A DNA stretch of 64,000 nucleotides from Hydrurus foetidus (taxonomy: Eukaryota), in the NCBI GenBank assembly GCA_900617105.1, contig UYFQ01000853.1, positions 1-64,000 on the forward strand. Reading direction: 5' to 3'. Below the pieces are notes generated by a model. That model had not been told where the DNA came from, did no database searches, and saw only the letters and a program-made list of their open reading frames with translations. Position numbers and translations under genes: made by a program. Every line of letters starts with the position of its first letter. Position 1 is the stretch's first letter. Positions 40,201 to 53,222 of the stretch are shown here, one piece after another.

Positions 40201-40819
40201 ACTGCAAATTACGACTATTTTATTATGTCCTTTTTTACCGATATTGCTTCCTCTCTTTTATCCCTTTTGGATTCTATTCGGTATCATATTGTTCTTATTT
40301 CGCCTACTTCCTTTTTGTTGTGTGTGGGATATGTACACTCACACATGGATGATTATGATACCAACAAGTATCGCGAAAGGAGCTAGTATCTCCCCAGGCA
40401 ACGATATCCAGTATAATTGTACCGGGTCTACCGGGCCCGGTATGAACAGCAACCGGATGAGACCATCTAGTGGAGAGATGACGCAACGCGACTCAAGACC
40501 AACTAGCGACATCATACGCATTCAGACTATGTGGATCAGTGGGATAAGCGGGATCACTTTTCAGACCGTGCCGATGTTGGTGCTCATTATCACCAATTGT
40601 TATTTAACCGGAGAACGGTCGTACTGCTCCATACTCGCTATTGCGGCAGGCTCGCTATCATTTCTATCCTTCTCCATCTGCTGGATTGTACATCACGAAA
40701 TGCAACGTACGTCTATTCACCCACTTCCCAACCCATCAGATGCTGAAACTAAGTACGTCATTCCTGGTAACGATTGTTCCGATGACGCACTTGATATTGG
40801 ACAGAAGAATAGTCCCTAA
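37280..40819 (+). CDS. Surface protein: PQQ-like beta-propeller repeats, Pro/Thr stalk, Cys-rich domain, multi-pass membrane region
   Basis: Signal peptide; repeated SSPA.G.DGT.YFGS...LYA.N..G...W.Y; PTAQPTSAPS repeats; C..C..GT motifs; about 6-7 hydrophobic segments; intron 37695-37769. Confidence 0.85.
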
Positions 40820-41996
40820 TGCAGAAAGACACTTCAGTCCTGCGACCCAGCTTGTTTATCAAGACATTCATTAGGGTCATATCAGGGCTGCATTAGGGTA
40901 ACATTAGGCTTAGAATGGGGGGTTAACTGAAAAGGCTCGCGAAAAAGGCTGGTAGCGGGGTTGGATTTTCGCTCTCTTTTGTAATTGCCATCTAATTAGG
41001 CAGGGAATATTACACCGTATACCCCGGTTGACGGTAAACATTAAACAGTAAAGCTAAACGCTCTAGGATGGAACAGAGAAGAGGAAAATAAATTCTACAA
41101 AGCAAATGAAGGAAGATCAGAATTTTAAATCAGTAAAACGTTCGGAAGAGAGAAGAAATTGAAGAATACGCAGAATTGATAGGATACACTTCTTGTCGCA
41201 ATTAAACTCAGTCTTCTCAATTTTGACGAATATTCCGCGTTATCCGTTGTTCTCAATGAACATTTCTTATTGTGAGATGTCGGTGTTGGAGTTTAGTTGT
41301 GATTTCATGAGGAGATATTTCTTTACGGTAGATTTATAGCTGTGACATCTTCTTGTAAACTGGTGGCACAAAAAAGACATTTCAAAACAGTCAAGAAGAC
41401 AACTTGATTCATTTTTCTTTCGTCACCCGTTTATTACTACTTCACTTATATTGTGTCTGTTGTTGAGATGAATAGTGCATCTTACATATAGCGACAAAAA
41501 AGGGTGTCAAAAATTCTGATTGTATACAAAATAAAATTCATAACGTCTCAGAATCTCAATTCATAATACGTCACGATTTTATTGTTAGTTTTTGCGTTTT
41601 AAAATTTCACTAGACTAATTTCTTCTTGGAAGGTTTTTCATCCCTAAATTAAGAGAGTCGTTTATTAGTCGAAGTATTTAATGATGTCACAAATAATTTA
41701 TCGAAAAGACTAGCAGCATCGTATCGTATTGCAGTAGGCCACTCTTCCTTTCCGAAAAATATTCGAACATTTTTCACTGTCACTTCCTGTATGCGAAATA
41801 TTACGCACTCCAGGCATTGACTGACGGAAAATCCGATAAATGCTGTTGAATACAGCCATCAAATGAATTTAATCTTAGCTTATATTATCAAAACACAGGA
41901 ATATGATGTTGGAGAACGCAGTTCTAAGACCGAGTGTGTGGAATCTAAGGATGGGATAGGATGGGATAGTAGGTACGTACGTACATATACGCTGTA

Positions 41997-42022
<26 letters not shown>
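41997..42022. repeat. (TG)13 microsatellite
   Basis: Read directly from sequence. Confidence 0.9.
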
Positions 42023-42027
<5 letters not shown>

Positions 42028-42879
42028 AATGCATCAAATGTATCCGGTAAAGTTCATATGATTAGTTGTGATAGGGTTGGAGACAACGTCAATGCCCTAG
42101 GGTCTACGACTATAGTAGCGTAGCTTCAAGTTAATGACATGTGACATAACCGATGCACTCTCATCGCCGCCCTTTATGAGTCATTGAGAAATCTTGCAAT
42201 CAATCTTTGCTCGCACAACTCTACAGTCTCAAATCTTTTCGAAGCCTCACTTTCATCACTGACGTATGAGCTCATCCACCTCTCTTCTACTCCTATTCCA
42301 CCTACACATTCAATACCTCTCGAAGAAAATTCGAACAATTATAAGATCCTGTAAACTTGATGGAAGCTATGCATCCAACCGCACTGACGCACTCGGTTCT
42401 ACGATAGAATCTCTAGATCAGTTCTTAATGATGCAGCGCATGGCTGGAATCCATATTGATGTCAGGTAAGAGTAAATCGTCGCATTGGCTTCCCGCACGC
42501 CCAGCGGACAGCAGCATTGAAAGTCCTATTCAGCCATTGTACATGCGTACGACAATCTGTGTCATCAGTAAGCATATACAGGGCCTGTATGGGAGAGATA
42601 CTGATACTAGTCCTTCACTTTATCCTATGTCGAAATTCCCATTCAGTGCCACCCTCTCTACCTAAGAGCTGGGTGTAATTGACTTTAATGAATGCCAGAT
42701 AAGCCCCTCTAAGAGTCCTCTTGATCAGGTGGGGACAGAGGCTAGAGAAGATGAAAGGGACTTACTTAGAATGAAAGGGAGTCTCTTGGGCAACATGGGG
42801 CGCATCGAACATTAAGCGCAGTGTAGACATAGACACGGAGCTATAGTGTCAACCTGCTGGGAGCTCTCTTCTTCCCGAA

Positions 42880-45800
42880 CTACGCCTCACCTTTTTCCGC
42901 GTCAACTATTGCCCAATCTGAGTCGTTATTTCCGTCCTGCTCACCGACTGATTCAACATTCTCTCCGGCTCGCAATCCGTTCTGCTCATCAATTAAAACA
43001 TCGCCAACAATGTCGCAATTTCTTTCTTGTACCGTATCTCGCTCGACTTGGTATAAGTCGTATTTCTTGCTTTCCTCTATTGCTTTCTCAGTTTGATCTG
43101 TATCGTAGTATCCCTCGAATTTTTCGAATTCAAAACCTGGAGGCGGGCCTATAGCACCGTTGAATTTGGAGTTGTTCATGAATGAAGTTGTAGAGGAAAT
43201 GGAGGGAGGAAGAGTGCGGTGGAGGGAGGTGGGTGATCTTGGTCCTCCCCTCTTCATTTGAGTCCAACTGCTTTCATCTTCCCAGTCATCGTCATTATCA
43301 ATATAAGTATTAACTGTGCTATTTTTTTTGTCTTCTCTACTATTAACTGGACTGCTTGCCCATTCATCATCTAAAGCTGCGTAATATGGTGCTGATATAA
43401 CTGCTGGTGCAACACTGCTTTTTGCTGCTGATTTCATTGAAGACACACTCACAGGCATACGCATGGAATACTTCGGAGTAGACGACTCTAAATCACCAAA
43501 GAAATCAGCTGAGTCGATTACAGATGCTCTGTCAGTGTCGTCCGTAGGATTCGAAGGTGCAGAGGATTCTCTTAATTCATCCGGGTTGAAAGCGGGATCG
43601 ATGTAAAAGGGGTCCAATAACCCTGGGGTAATGTCGTTTTTAGAACTCACCCCACTTTTCTTGTAAATAGCGATCATGTCGTACACACGAAGTACTGCTG
43701 TCATACTCTCAAAATTCAAAGCGACCTAAATTAAAAAATAGGAGTTAGGTGTAAATATCTTGTCAGTAAATGTCTAACTAATATTACGAACTGATGAACA
43801 GAAATGACGATTACAACTGATTGAATATCTTTGACTTACCGCTGATGGACCAGCTGCTTTTATTGACACAATGCGATGATCTGACACTATACTGTAGGGA
43901 AAGTGCTCCGCTAATTGAGCTTTAATAACAGATTTAATTCTGTTCACTGCGTCACTAACTAGAGCATTCCCACCGAGACACGCATCAAATTTCTCCTCTA
44001 CACTCTTCCTCTTTCCTCTCCCTTCAATATCAGTCGCCACATATCCTGAAGACGGATTTGCGAGGGTCAAAAACAGAGTAGGTGTCCCAAGTGTCATGAG
44101 GACATTCGTTGGATTTAGTGTAGGAGTACTGCAAGCCGAGCTAAGACGTACTGTGGGTGCTTTACTATCTGCTGTTTTCACAAGCGAAATATATCTATGT
44201 GGCTCCTGATCATACTCGTGACTATTTAGCAAGTAATATCGAGCAACTCCATGCACCATATTCCTTTGACTTCCAGTCATAGGCTTTAACTGTGTGCTGT
44301 GTAATTTATGATCGTCCATGAAATTGTGTATCTGTTTCTCTAATTTCTGCACTGTAACTTTATTGTTCCTCGCCCACGTGACGAGAGTAGCGGGATACAA
44401 TGGTCTCATCATCTCGGAGATATCAAGTAGAGCACTCAAGGCACTGGTAGTACTAGTCTGTGAGTTACCAACTGCCCTAATATGAAGTGCATTTGCCAAC
44501 ATCATATTACGTGATGTTAATTTCTCAAGCGCCTCTGCTTTTTTCGCACTTTCTGCATCCTCTAGAGCTTTTTTAGCAGCAGCTTCCCTTTGAATTCCAC
44601 CGATTAATGACATGGGATGTGGGGCAGGGGCAGATCCTTTCTGACCCTGGGAATCATCACTCTGCTTCTTTCCTTGACTGGAAGATGAAGTTGACGAAAG
44701 AGCAGGAAAAGCTGTGTTTAGACTGTTATAGTTCCCTGACCTTCCAGCCCAACCAACACGACCTGGAGGCGCTAGACTGTTGCTAACAGCTGCTGCGACT
44801 AGTACTTGTTCATCGGCTTCGGCTTGTAAAGCATCATCTTCAGCATCTCTTCGAAATGCACCTGCAACAACTCTCCCTGCTACTCTCATGTGCGCAGGAA
44901 CGAGTGGTGTAGAGGCTATTGCTGCTGATGTTTGAAGGTGAAACAATTGTCTTCTCCTCGCCTCATTGGCATCATCACTCTCAACTCTATGCCCATCAGA
45001 GTTTAACCCCTGAGAATTATTTACCCCTGCAGACACTTGACCTGCTGCAGCAGTACCTCTGCTATTTCCTTGATTTCCTGTATTTCCATTTTGCTGTTGT
45101 GATGAGTTGTTCCGATTGGGATCAGCAGCTGCCATATCGAGATCGAGAAATGCCAATTGATTCTGTCCTGTTCTCTTGTTCTGCCTGGCTCTCCTCTTCC
45201 CTCTACCACCTACCCCTCCTCCATTATCGTCGTCCCCTTGAGGCTCATATCCAGCCCTGAACCCTAGTGTCATTGCTGTGTTTCTCACGTTGTGGTATGA
45301 TCGCAAGTGAGCAGAGTAGTCACCGTGATTTCTAAAAGAACTGCCAAATACACCTGGACCTCCATCTCCATTATTACTAGCTTTTTCACAAATGTGACAC
45401 ACGAAATGCTCACTGTGCAAATGATCGCGTAATTCATCCACTGTTGGATAAAATCGGAATTGGTAGTTCGTAGGGCAAAGATGGCAAGATTGATGCTCTT
45501 GCTTCATATGGAGATACAAAGCATGAGAGTCGAAGAAATTCTCGTTGCAGAACAGGCACAGAGGATGTCCAGCAGTTTTATCTCCACCTGCACCCGTTAA
45601 TGCACCAGGTGGTGTAGTCATGTGTTTCTTCAATTCTCCGGTGGTCATGAGACGATGTTCAGAGATAAATAGAGGGCGATTATCCAGACATAATCTACAT
45701 AGATGATTTCCCTGATGCGAAGTGCTGAGGTGCTTCAATAGAGCCTCATTGGAGGGAAACCTTAGATTGCACTTCTTCAAAGGACATACGATTGATCGGA

Positions 45801-46197
45801 TTTTGTCCATTTCTCGAAAATGATCTTTACAGTCCGCGTAGAACATTCCTGCCCTATGGTCTATATCAAGCCCAGGAGCAATAGAATCTAGATCCAATAT
45901 CCCAAAGCTGGCATATGGCTGTTCACCCTTCGGCTTTGTCGGATAAACTACAACGATGCTCATTTCTTGTTTGCATAGTGGACAACCTGAATCTGAGGAC
46001 TTCACGCGGATGCGCAGAGAGCAGAAACTGCAAATTGGATGGTCGCAGGATCCAACCGCAGCATATCTGACGTTTTCTTCAGCGCAAATCACGCAACTCA
46101 TCGTCGGAAGTTGCATGTTCTTGGCGTTTCTATGATCAGGCTTCCTAGGGTTCCGGGAGGACCCAGAGTTACCAGTTGAAGTTTCACCGGCGTCCAT
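42880..46197 (-). CDS. ZNF598: ZNF598/Hel2-like RING + C2H2 E3 ubiquitin ligase with an R3H-like domain
   Basis: RING CVIC..CDHPICSFC..CPLC; GHPLCLFC..HMKQEH..CHLC; KPMTGSQRNMVHGVARYY; intron ~43726-43839; possible extra terminal exon 42174-42301. Confidence 0.87.
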
Positions 46198-46549
46198 GAG
46201 AATTCAAATCTATCGTGAAAGAAAATATCGACCCACCGAGGAACGATTACCACAAGGAATCCTAGTGATCACCCAATCCTAGTGATCACCATAAAACTAT
46301 CTGCCTGCTCCTCACGATGACTTCTCGGAGCGTGCGGACTCTGACTAGATGCCGTAGACCGTTTACTGCAGAGTTCCTTTCCGCAACATTGTGGACACAA
46401 TCCACAATTCCACAAGCTATCTGTGGTCTCTGATGAGACGATTTGAAGTTATATCTCGACTCCATCAGCAAGATTCCGTCACTAACAGAGGCTGCTCATC
46501 TTGGGCAAGACATTGTCAGTACTGAGTTGTAGAACCAACAGCGCTAGAG

Positions 46550-47809
46550 ATGTCAACACAAGTGGTGAAGCATTTTATCGATCACTTACGCGATGGAAAA
46601 TCAACAGCAAAAACGGACAAGATGAGGAGGCTTGCCAATTCTCTGCAGTGGCGACACAGATATCAGAAATCTGATAATTATCCAATTAATTTATCTGGCG
46701 ATCTTGTAATAAGTGTGAAACAACTACCGAATGGTGAAGTCATTGGTCTCGGAACTGGAGTCTCTGTCTGGCCTGCAGCGCACGTCCTATCAAAATATCT
46801 TGAGAAGAGGTACGGTGCAGACGGGCTGCAGAATCTCAGAGTCTGTGATGTTGGTTCTGGAACTGGTTGCACTGGATTCGTCGCGGCTGCATTGGGGGCA
46901 GAGGTCACCCTTACAGATCAATTGCAGATAATGCCTCTCCTTCAACACAACAAAGAATCGATTTGCGCGCTGAATAAGAGAATCAATAGAGAGAAAGTCA
47001 CTGTTAGTTTATATGATTGGGGGGAATCAGCTTCTCATTTGGATGCTCCTTTCGATATCGTCCTAATTTCTGACTGTGTTTTGCCAAAGCTGTACCCCAT
47101 ACTGCCCTTAATTGATGTAAGCTATGCGTATCATTCTACATGCGTTCATTAGAACATCATTCACTCGCTCCTCCTCCTTTTCAACTGACTTTTTCTTCAC
47201 TTATATCTTTGTTTTCTTCCATGATTTCAAAGGCTGTTGTGGCTGTTATGGATCATCAATCTGTGGCACTGTTCTCATACGAGCATCGTCTATACCCACT
47301 CTTCGATCCCAGAGAGGTATTTAATTCAAATCTTTGAAAAAGATAACTGACTCGAATTCTTGCTTTTGACTGCTGATTTGAACTTTCTCTACATTTCACA
47401 AATTACATCGCAGGAATTTAGAAACTTAGCGTTTAGTAGGGGATTGTCTGTGAGGGTAATACCTCTTTCAGAACATGATAGCTATTTCTCGTTAGACGAT
47501 GTCGAGATCTGGGAAGTGAAGTTCATTCCGGCAGAAGAAATATTAGATGTGAAATCTGAGGAAAGTGACTGTGAAGAAATCATAGTAACATTGTTAGGAA
47601 ACTCTACATTTAATACATCAAATCTGACAATATCTGGCCAGAACATCAGTCCACGCAGTACTGCTGTCGTGAATTCTACAGCATCGTCACCAATAGCGCT
47701 ACCTAAATGCACTGAGTCTTCTTCAGTTGAGAATGTTTCGTGGGGTTCAATATCGTGTGGGAATGGCCGACTAGAAAATGCAGTAGACTCATCCTCACAG
47801 AGCATCTGA
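46550..47809 (+). CDS. METTL21/VCPKMT-like protein lysine methyltransferase (spliced)
   Basis: GTGVSVWPAA, DVGSGTG, VTLTD, LYDWG, IVLISDC; 3' end approximate. Confidence 0.85.
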
Positions 47810-48740
47810 GAGAATATGTATAGAAAATATAATAAGCCAACGAAGTGTTTCGAATTGCAAATGGATAATAGGTATGATATTTGAGATTTAAAAAGGGTGA
47901 GGTAATCACTCTAGCACTCTCTTCAAACTCTTGCCATGAGTCTATCATTTGTCATCAGACTCAACTCTATCACGCGCGAAATAAAGGACCTTTTAAAGTT
48001 TTGCAAGGTAAATTGTTAGATGCCTAACGACACTTTTGTCCACTTCAGTTCACGCGATAGAACTGCACTTTACACTTCGAAGTTGTGCACAATTGTTCAA
48101 TGCTGACTATTTCGATAGTTTGATGTCGCAGACTGATGAACTAAAAGCGCTGTCAATCTCTACTTTGCAATGGCATCGTCAAATACTATTAATCAATCAT
48201 CATCACTCCTGCCGACATAAAACATATATGCACAACAGTATGGGAAAAAATGCATTCCCATCTAATTATAGTCGATTATTACGAATGATAGCTGATCTCA
48301 TAATTTCAATGACGATGCAGACTATTCTACTCAATTTTCAATACATATATACATACTTACAGACAATTTAGAAATAGAATAAATCTACTAATTTTTGCAT
48401 TCTCCTCATCCTATTCGATCCCATCTTATTCAACTTACCTCAATCCTACTATCTGAGTGAACATACTCCCATTAATCGTATTCTGTCGATGTCTGACTCT
48501 TTCCTGATTTTTCCCTTTACCTCTATTGCGGTGTCTACTATCCACTGCCTTAACTCCTATACAATACATTGTAATCATATCTAATAATCCATAAACCTAA
48601 CTTTTTAAAAAATATCTGCGACATAGAACAACGCATAAATGAAAAGACTTAAATTGAAAAAACACGATTTTCTTCAATTTATGAAAGTTGTTTGAATAAA
48701 AGTATTGAAATAACCTAAAAAAATACTCAAGAGCTTAAAT

Positions 48741-50200
48741 TCAAAATCTTCTTTTTTTATTTCCGTTAAGATTGTCCTCAACAAAATCCGTTTTGGTAAC
48801 CTCTTCAAAACATATTTTACCATTATTAGACTTTTCAGCAGTGAGACGAAATGTTCTGAATCCTATGGTGCATTCAACAACATTGCAAACAACAGACTCT
48901 CGTACTATCTTATTCGATTCTCGAGTTATTTTGTTCATGGCAATTGAACTCGGTGTGTTCGCGAGAGTGGTAGTGGAGTTAGGTTGTAGTTCTTTCTTCT
49001 TTCGTAGTATGCCGAGTGAATCTTCTTTTTTGTCTTCTTTTTCCTGATTCTCATTCTCCTCGTCATCACTACTGTCACTCACACAATATTTACTAGCATA
49101 TTTGAATACATCAATATTGTCAGCCGTGTCTATCGTATCTACCGGAGGGTCCTCAACTTCTGTCCCCATAGGGACGGACACAATCATGTCCGTCTCAAGT
49201 GACTCATTATACGGCACCCAAGCAACACTCAAGTGAAATTTAGGAACCTAAAAATAAAACGAAAAACGTGTCAATATCACCGATTTAAAATTGGCAAATG
49301 AAATCAATCTGCATCTCGTAAGTAAGAGCTAATCTTGCCTGATAATATTCCGCTCTTCGAAAACTTTTCAGCACAGTATCGACTGCACAGACAAGTTTTG
49401 ATAATGTTCCCGCCCTGTCCTCAACAGGCAAGCATACGAATGATCGAGATTTGCTCTCACTGTTAAGGACGTAGAACTCCCTGTATACTTCGAGATTTAA
49501 TCTGTGTGAATATATGCAGACGGGGAGATAGAAAAATCAGCAGATCAGATTTCGTGTAATCGATACGATGAAAAAGTTTCTCTAGTGTACGTACTTGTTT
49601 TTGAAAACACCCGCGAGTTCCTTCCCCAGTTGATCAATAAATGCAGCTATCTGATGATGTCGGAGACTGAACGGTTTCGAAAGCGAAATGTGGAGCTCCT
49701 TCTCCTCCGTGATAGTATCGCCAAGAATTGAAAGGTTTCTTTCTCGGAAATAGTTTATGCAGTCGAATCGAATAGCACTTTCTTTCTTCACTACATTCAT
49801 TAGGAATATGGACAAAAATGAAGTTATTATCTTTTCTTCTAGTCAGGAGTTCAAACCGCAAAGTAAGAAAATGAGGCGGTGGGAATACCTCTAATACAGC
49901 AGAAAAGCATCAACCACCTCAAATTAGGGTGCTATGAATTGATTCATTTACAACTGCTATCAAATCATCATCTTGTGAACAGAAGTGAGGCAGATGCATG
50001 ATTTTTGAGCAAATCAAAACAATAAGCATCAATCGATAGGACCTTCTTACAGCATCGCCAACATCTTGACTTTGCCTAGTGTCTTGCCCACACTTACCGG
50101 GGAGATAAACGAAAGATGGCCAATTACCATCAACAGTTTGTGGGGCTCCATTCGAATTTCGGTCGTCGCCGTTCAAGCTTTTTGCACTCGTTCCGCTCAT
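48741..50200 (-). CDS. USB1: U6 snRNA phosphodiesterase USB1 (2H family, spliced)
   Basis: VDGNWPSFVY, LHISLSKPF.LRHHQI, SRSF, YYQ|VPKFHLSVAW (two HxS motifs). Confidence 0.85.
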
Positions 50201-50694
50201 ACGGATTACGCAACAAATGTGGCAACTCTTCGGCTTTCCAGATCCTTTTGCAGCGGAAGGGGAACAACTCAGGAGTCACTATACTTAGTTCTTCCAGCAC
50301 ATGATCACGATTTGAACTTGCGAACTGTGCATTGAATTGTGAACCCCAACCCCAACCCCCAACCCGCACTCCACAATGGTGTGGTGATTTCTCGGCCAAT
50401 TCCGGCAATTTCCGGTCAAGTTTTCAAATTCGAAACTGACAAAACTTGCTTCAGCGCTTCAGCCTTCAGCAATGAGGCCAACTGTAAATGTCGCTCCAAG
50501 GCATTGAGATTTGTGCCCAAACTCGACAGAAAATCTTGTCGAGTTCTGGAGCTTAACGATTTTTGCGTCAGCGAAAGATAATAGGATTGCACGGCGCCGT
50601 CGGTCTTATGATACATGTCGAGGAGCAATGTTGACCTCAATTCCCATCATAATCTACTAGAAATCTGTCAATCGTCATAGACGTAGATATAGTC

Positions 50695-51231
50695 ATGAGC
50701 TCTGGCGACGATAGCTCCGAGGACGCCAGTAAGAATAGCGAAACTGAAGACAGCAACGTCGAGAGTGATGAGCAAGATACTTCTGTAGAACCAGATGAGG
50801 CTTCGAAGAAGCTGGCAAATCTATTCACCAAAAGTGTCAATGTAAGGAAGGATATAGCGCTTATCAGAGAAATCTTCGCCCATATTGATCAGACATCAAA
50901 TAGAATCGTGAAGTCCTTTGTACTTCAGGAGGAGTGCAGTAGATTAACAGAGGAAAGCAGAAACATATCGAGCGTGCAGAGAAAGGAAGAGGAAGAAGAT
51001 GCAGAAGTGTCAGAGGAAGCAGAATCAGTAGAGTCTAATTCTTCAGATGATGAAATTCCTCAAGAAGCCAATGGCGTGTCCTGGTCTGACTATGAGAGAT
51101 TGAATGATGGTCAGCGCGCTGAGCTGCTTGCCAAATCATTGGAGATATTGAATAATGCTGTTAATTCGAAAGTATCAAAGCTGGAACGCAACTCTCCTGG
51201 ACGAAAGTTGAGAAGCGTCCTCAAAAGTTGA
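50695..51231 (+). CDS. Hypothetical acidic low-complexity protein (178 aa)
   Basis: ATG-initiated open frame with protein-like composition; no recognisable domain. Confidence 0.45.
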   Translation: MSSGDDSSEDASKNSETEDSNVESDEQDTSVEPDEASKKLANLFTKSVNVRKDIALIREIFAHIDQTSNRIVKSFVLQEECSRLTEESRNISSVQRKEEEEDAEVSEEAESVESNSSDDEIPQEANGVSWSDYERLNDGQRAELLAKSLEILNNAVNSKVSKLERNSPGRKLRSVLKS

Positions 51232-52586
51232 AAAGCGTCCTGGGCTCATGTTAAGAGATTAATTCAGGCGGGCTGAGAATATGAACTGTGGAGTGAAACT
51301 AACACACTCTTCCATCAGTAACGTGAGATAAATTGCGGAGGAGCAAATGATACAACAGAATTTCTTACCGCATATCGCCACCGAGGGATGAGCACCATGA
51401 CGCGGTTTTATCCACGTCATTTTTGCTTTACATTGTCTTCGTATCGGCATTAAATTACGATGCGTCTGTGGTGGTAACTTGTGTTCATTACAGTTGTTTT
51501 CTTTCTTATCAGTGACGTATATACTGAGACAAAAGGAGGCTTTATTTCGATGAATTCCCGGATATAAGTATCTTAGTAACGATTCATAAAGATCTGCATC
51601 AACATTTGGTAATCGACATCACAACCACGTGAAATAGACGCGTGGAACACTTCAATGAATAGCGATATCAGACTAATTGATACAAAAAGTTGATCCTAAT
51701 CTAAAATTTGTCTCACTCTGAAGCACGATTCGATAGATTTAATCATGAATTTTTCCTCACAGCGCTAATTGCCCAATGTGTTATGAATCGTCCACGTGAT
51801 AAAGTTAAGATCAATTAAGCTTGTGAGGCATTCTAGTCTTAAGCTACTAGCTAAAGCGCCTTGAAGATTTCCGCCATCATTTTATGAGGAAACGCTTGGA
51901 GTTCTGCATCCCTACATCAGCATCTCTCTGATGGTTTGGAATAAATTGATTGGATTACCCTACCATGATGAAAATGTAGCAATTAGTCACTGTAACACCT
52001 TGTGGAACACCACTTCACTTCGTCCAGTACTGTACGGTAACACCGATTGAATCGGACAAAAACTATATACCGTCGAGTGCCTATTCTTTTGTTTTTCCGT
52101 GGTGATGAAGTCCGGAATTTCGAGAATAGGCGTTACAGAAGTTCATGACTGTAGACCACTGCAGATCCTCTATGATTCCGTCGAGTGCCTATTTATTTGT
52201 AAACGGTTTTTCCGAAAAATCATTTTTGCGCGCAGCCGTGAATCCAAACTCGACGTTAAAAAATAATGAAGTTCCTGACAGGTAGCAGTCTATATGGCAG
52301 TCTTGCCTGAATTGCAGCAGTTTCTCATTTATATGGCATTTTATCGAGCATTTTTGACTTGTTTGGTACCTGGCGATCGCGATACATTGTTTGATATAAC
52401 TGCTACAATATTTTTGAATAAGCTGTTTAGCTTCAAAATTGTGCTGGATCCGAATCCGTGATCAAATTTCAATGAAACGATGTATTGATGGAGATATGTT
52501 TTCCAGAACAGTTCCCGTTTCACTTTTGTTTCGTGATTTTCACAGTACAAAGTAAATCGTACTTCCACTTGAAAAACAAATATTTA

Positions 52587-52835
52587 CAGTGGGCACTCGA
52601 CGGTTTACACACCAACTCGGGAACTCATTCCAACTCATCCAACTCCCACTGGGTGACCTCGTAAATTCAAAACTCCCCCAGAACCCAGATTTGGGTGACA
52701 TAAATTTTGACTTTCCAAAAAGTTTATGTCACCCAAATCTAGGATTCGAGGAGAATCTCATTAGATTTTTTGAATCGCAGATTTTTTTTCTGGGTCACTC
52801 AAATCTGGGTTACAAATTTACGAGGTCACCCACTG
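52587..52835. mobile_element. Tc1/mariner/pogo-like MITE (CAGTGGG termini, TA flanks), composite
   Basis: TA|CAGTGGG at 52585-52593 and CCCACTG|TA at 52829-52837; internal GGGTGACCTCGTAAATT (52651) is inverted to AATTTACGAGGTCACCC. Confidence 0.65.
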
Positions 52836-52858
52836 TACGGTTATTCCTGCAGTCCTAC

Positions 52859-53072
52859 ATATTGTGGTATGACTTTTGATCTGCATGCGCGCGCCCCCAG
52901 AGAGCTGAACATGTCACCAAAAATTTACCTACAGGGGTCTATTCTCATCAATTGGATCACACCCCCCTGTCGGTAAATTTCTGGTGACATGTTCAGCTCT
53001 CTGGGGGCGCGCATGGTTTTTGTGCAGCTCTATGGGGGGGAGTGCTGCAGATCAAAAGTCATATCACAATAT
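52859..53072. mobile_element. Palindromic MITE with outer 27 bp and inner ~49 bp inverted repeats
   Basis: ATATTGTGGTATGACTTTTGATCTGCA (52859-52885) vs 53046-53072 (26/27 match); inner arms 52889-52937 / 52964-53012. Confidence 0.75.
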
Positions 53073-53222
53073 CGATATTATCAGATATCAGTCCAGCGAG
53101 ATGTGTGATGGTTTGCAAATTACAAATTACATGCGACACAGATAAAATATGGAATTGCTCGCGACTGCCACAATCATCTATGTCGTGGTTCGGCGGACCC
53201 TGGTCGAAAAGAAGATGAGGTC

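Noticed and set aside
40871..40922. Scattered TTAGGG/TTAGG motifs
   Set aside because: Only 2-3 non-tandem copies; compatible with chance
50416..50640. Short minus-strand ORF upstream of USB1
   Set aside because: Protein-like but no motif or splice link that I can support
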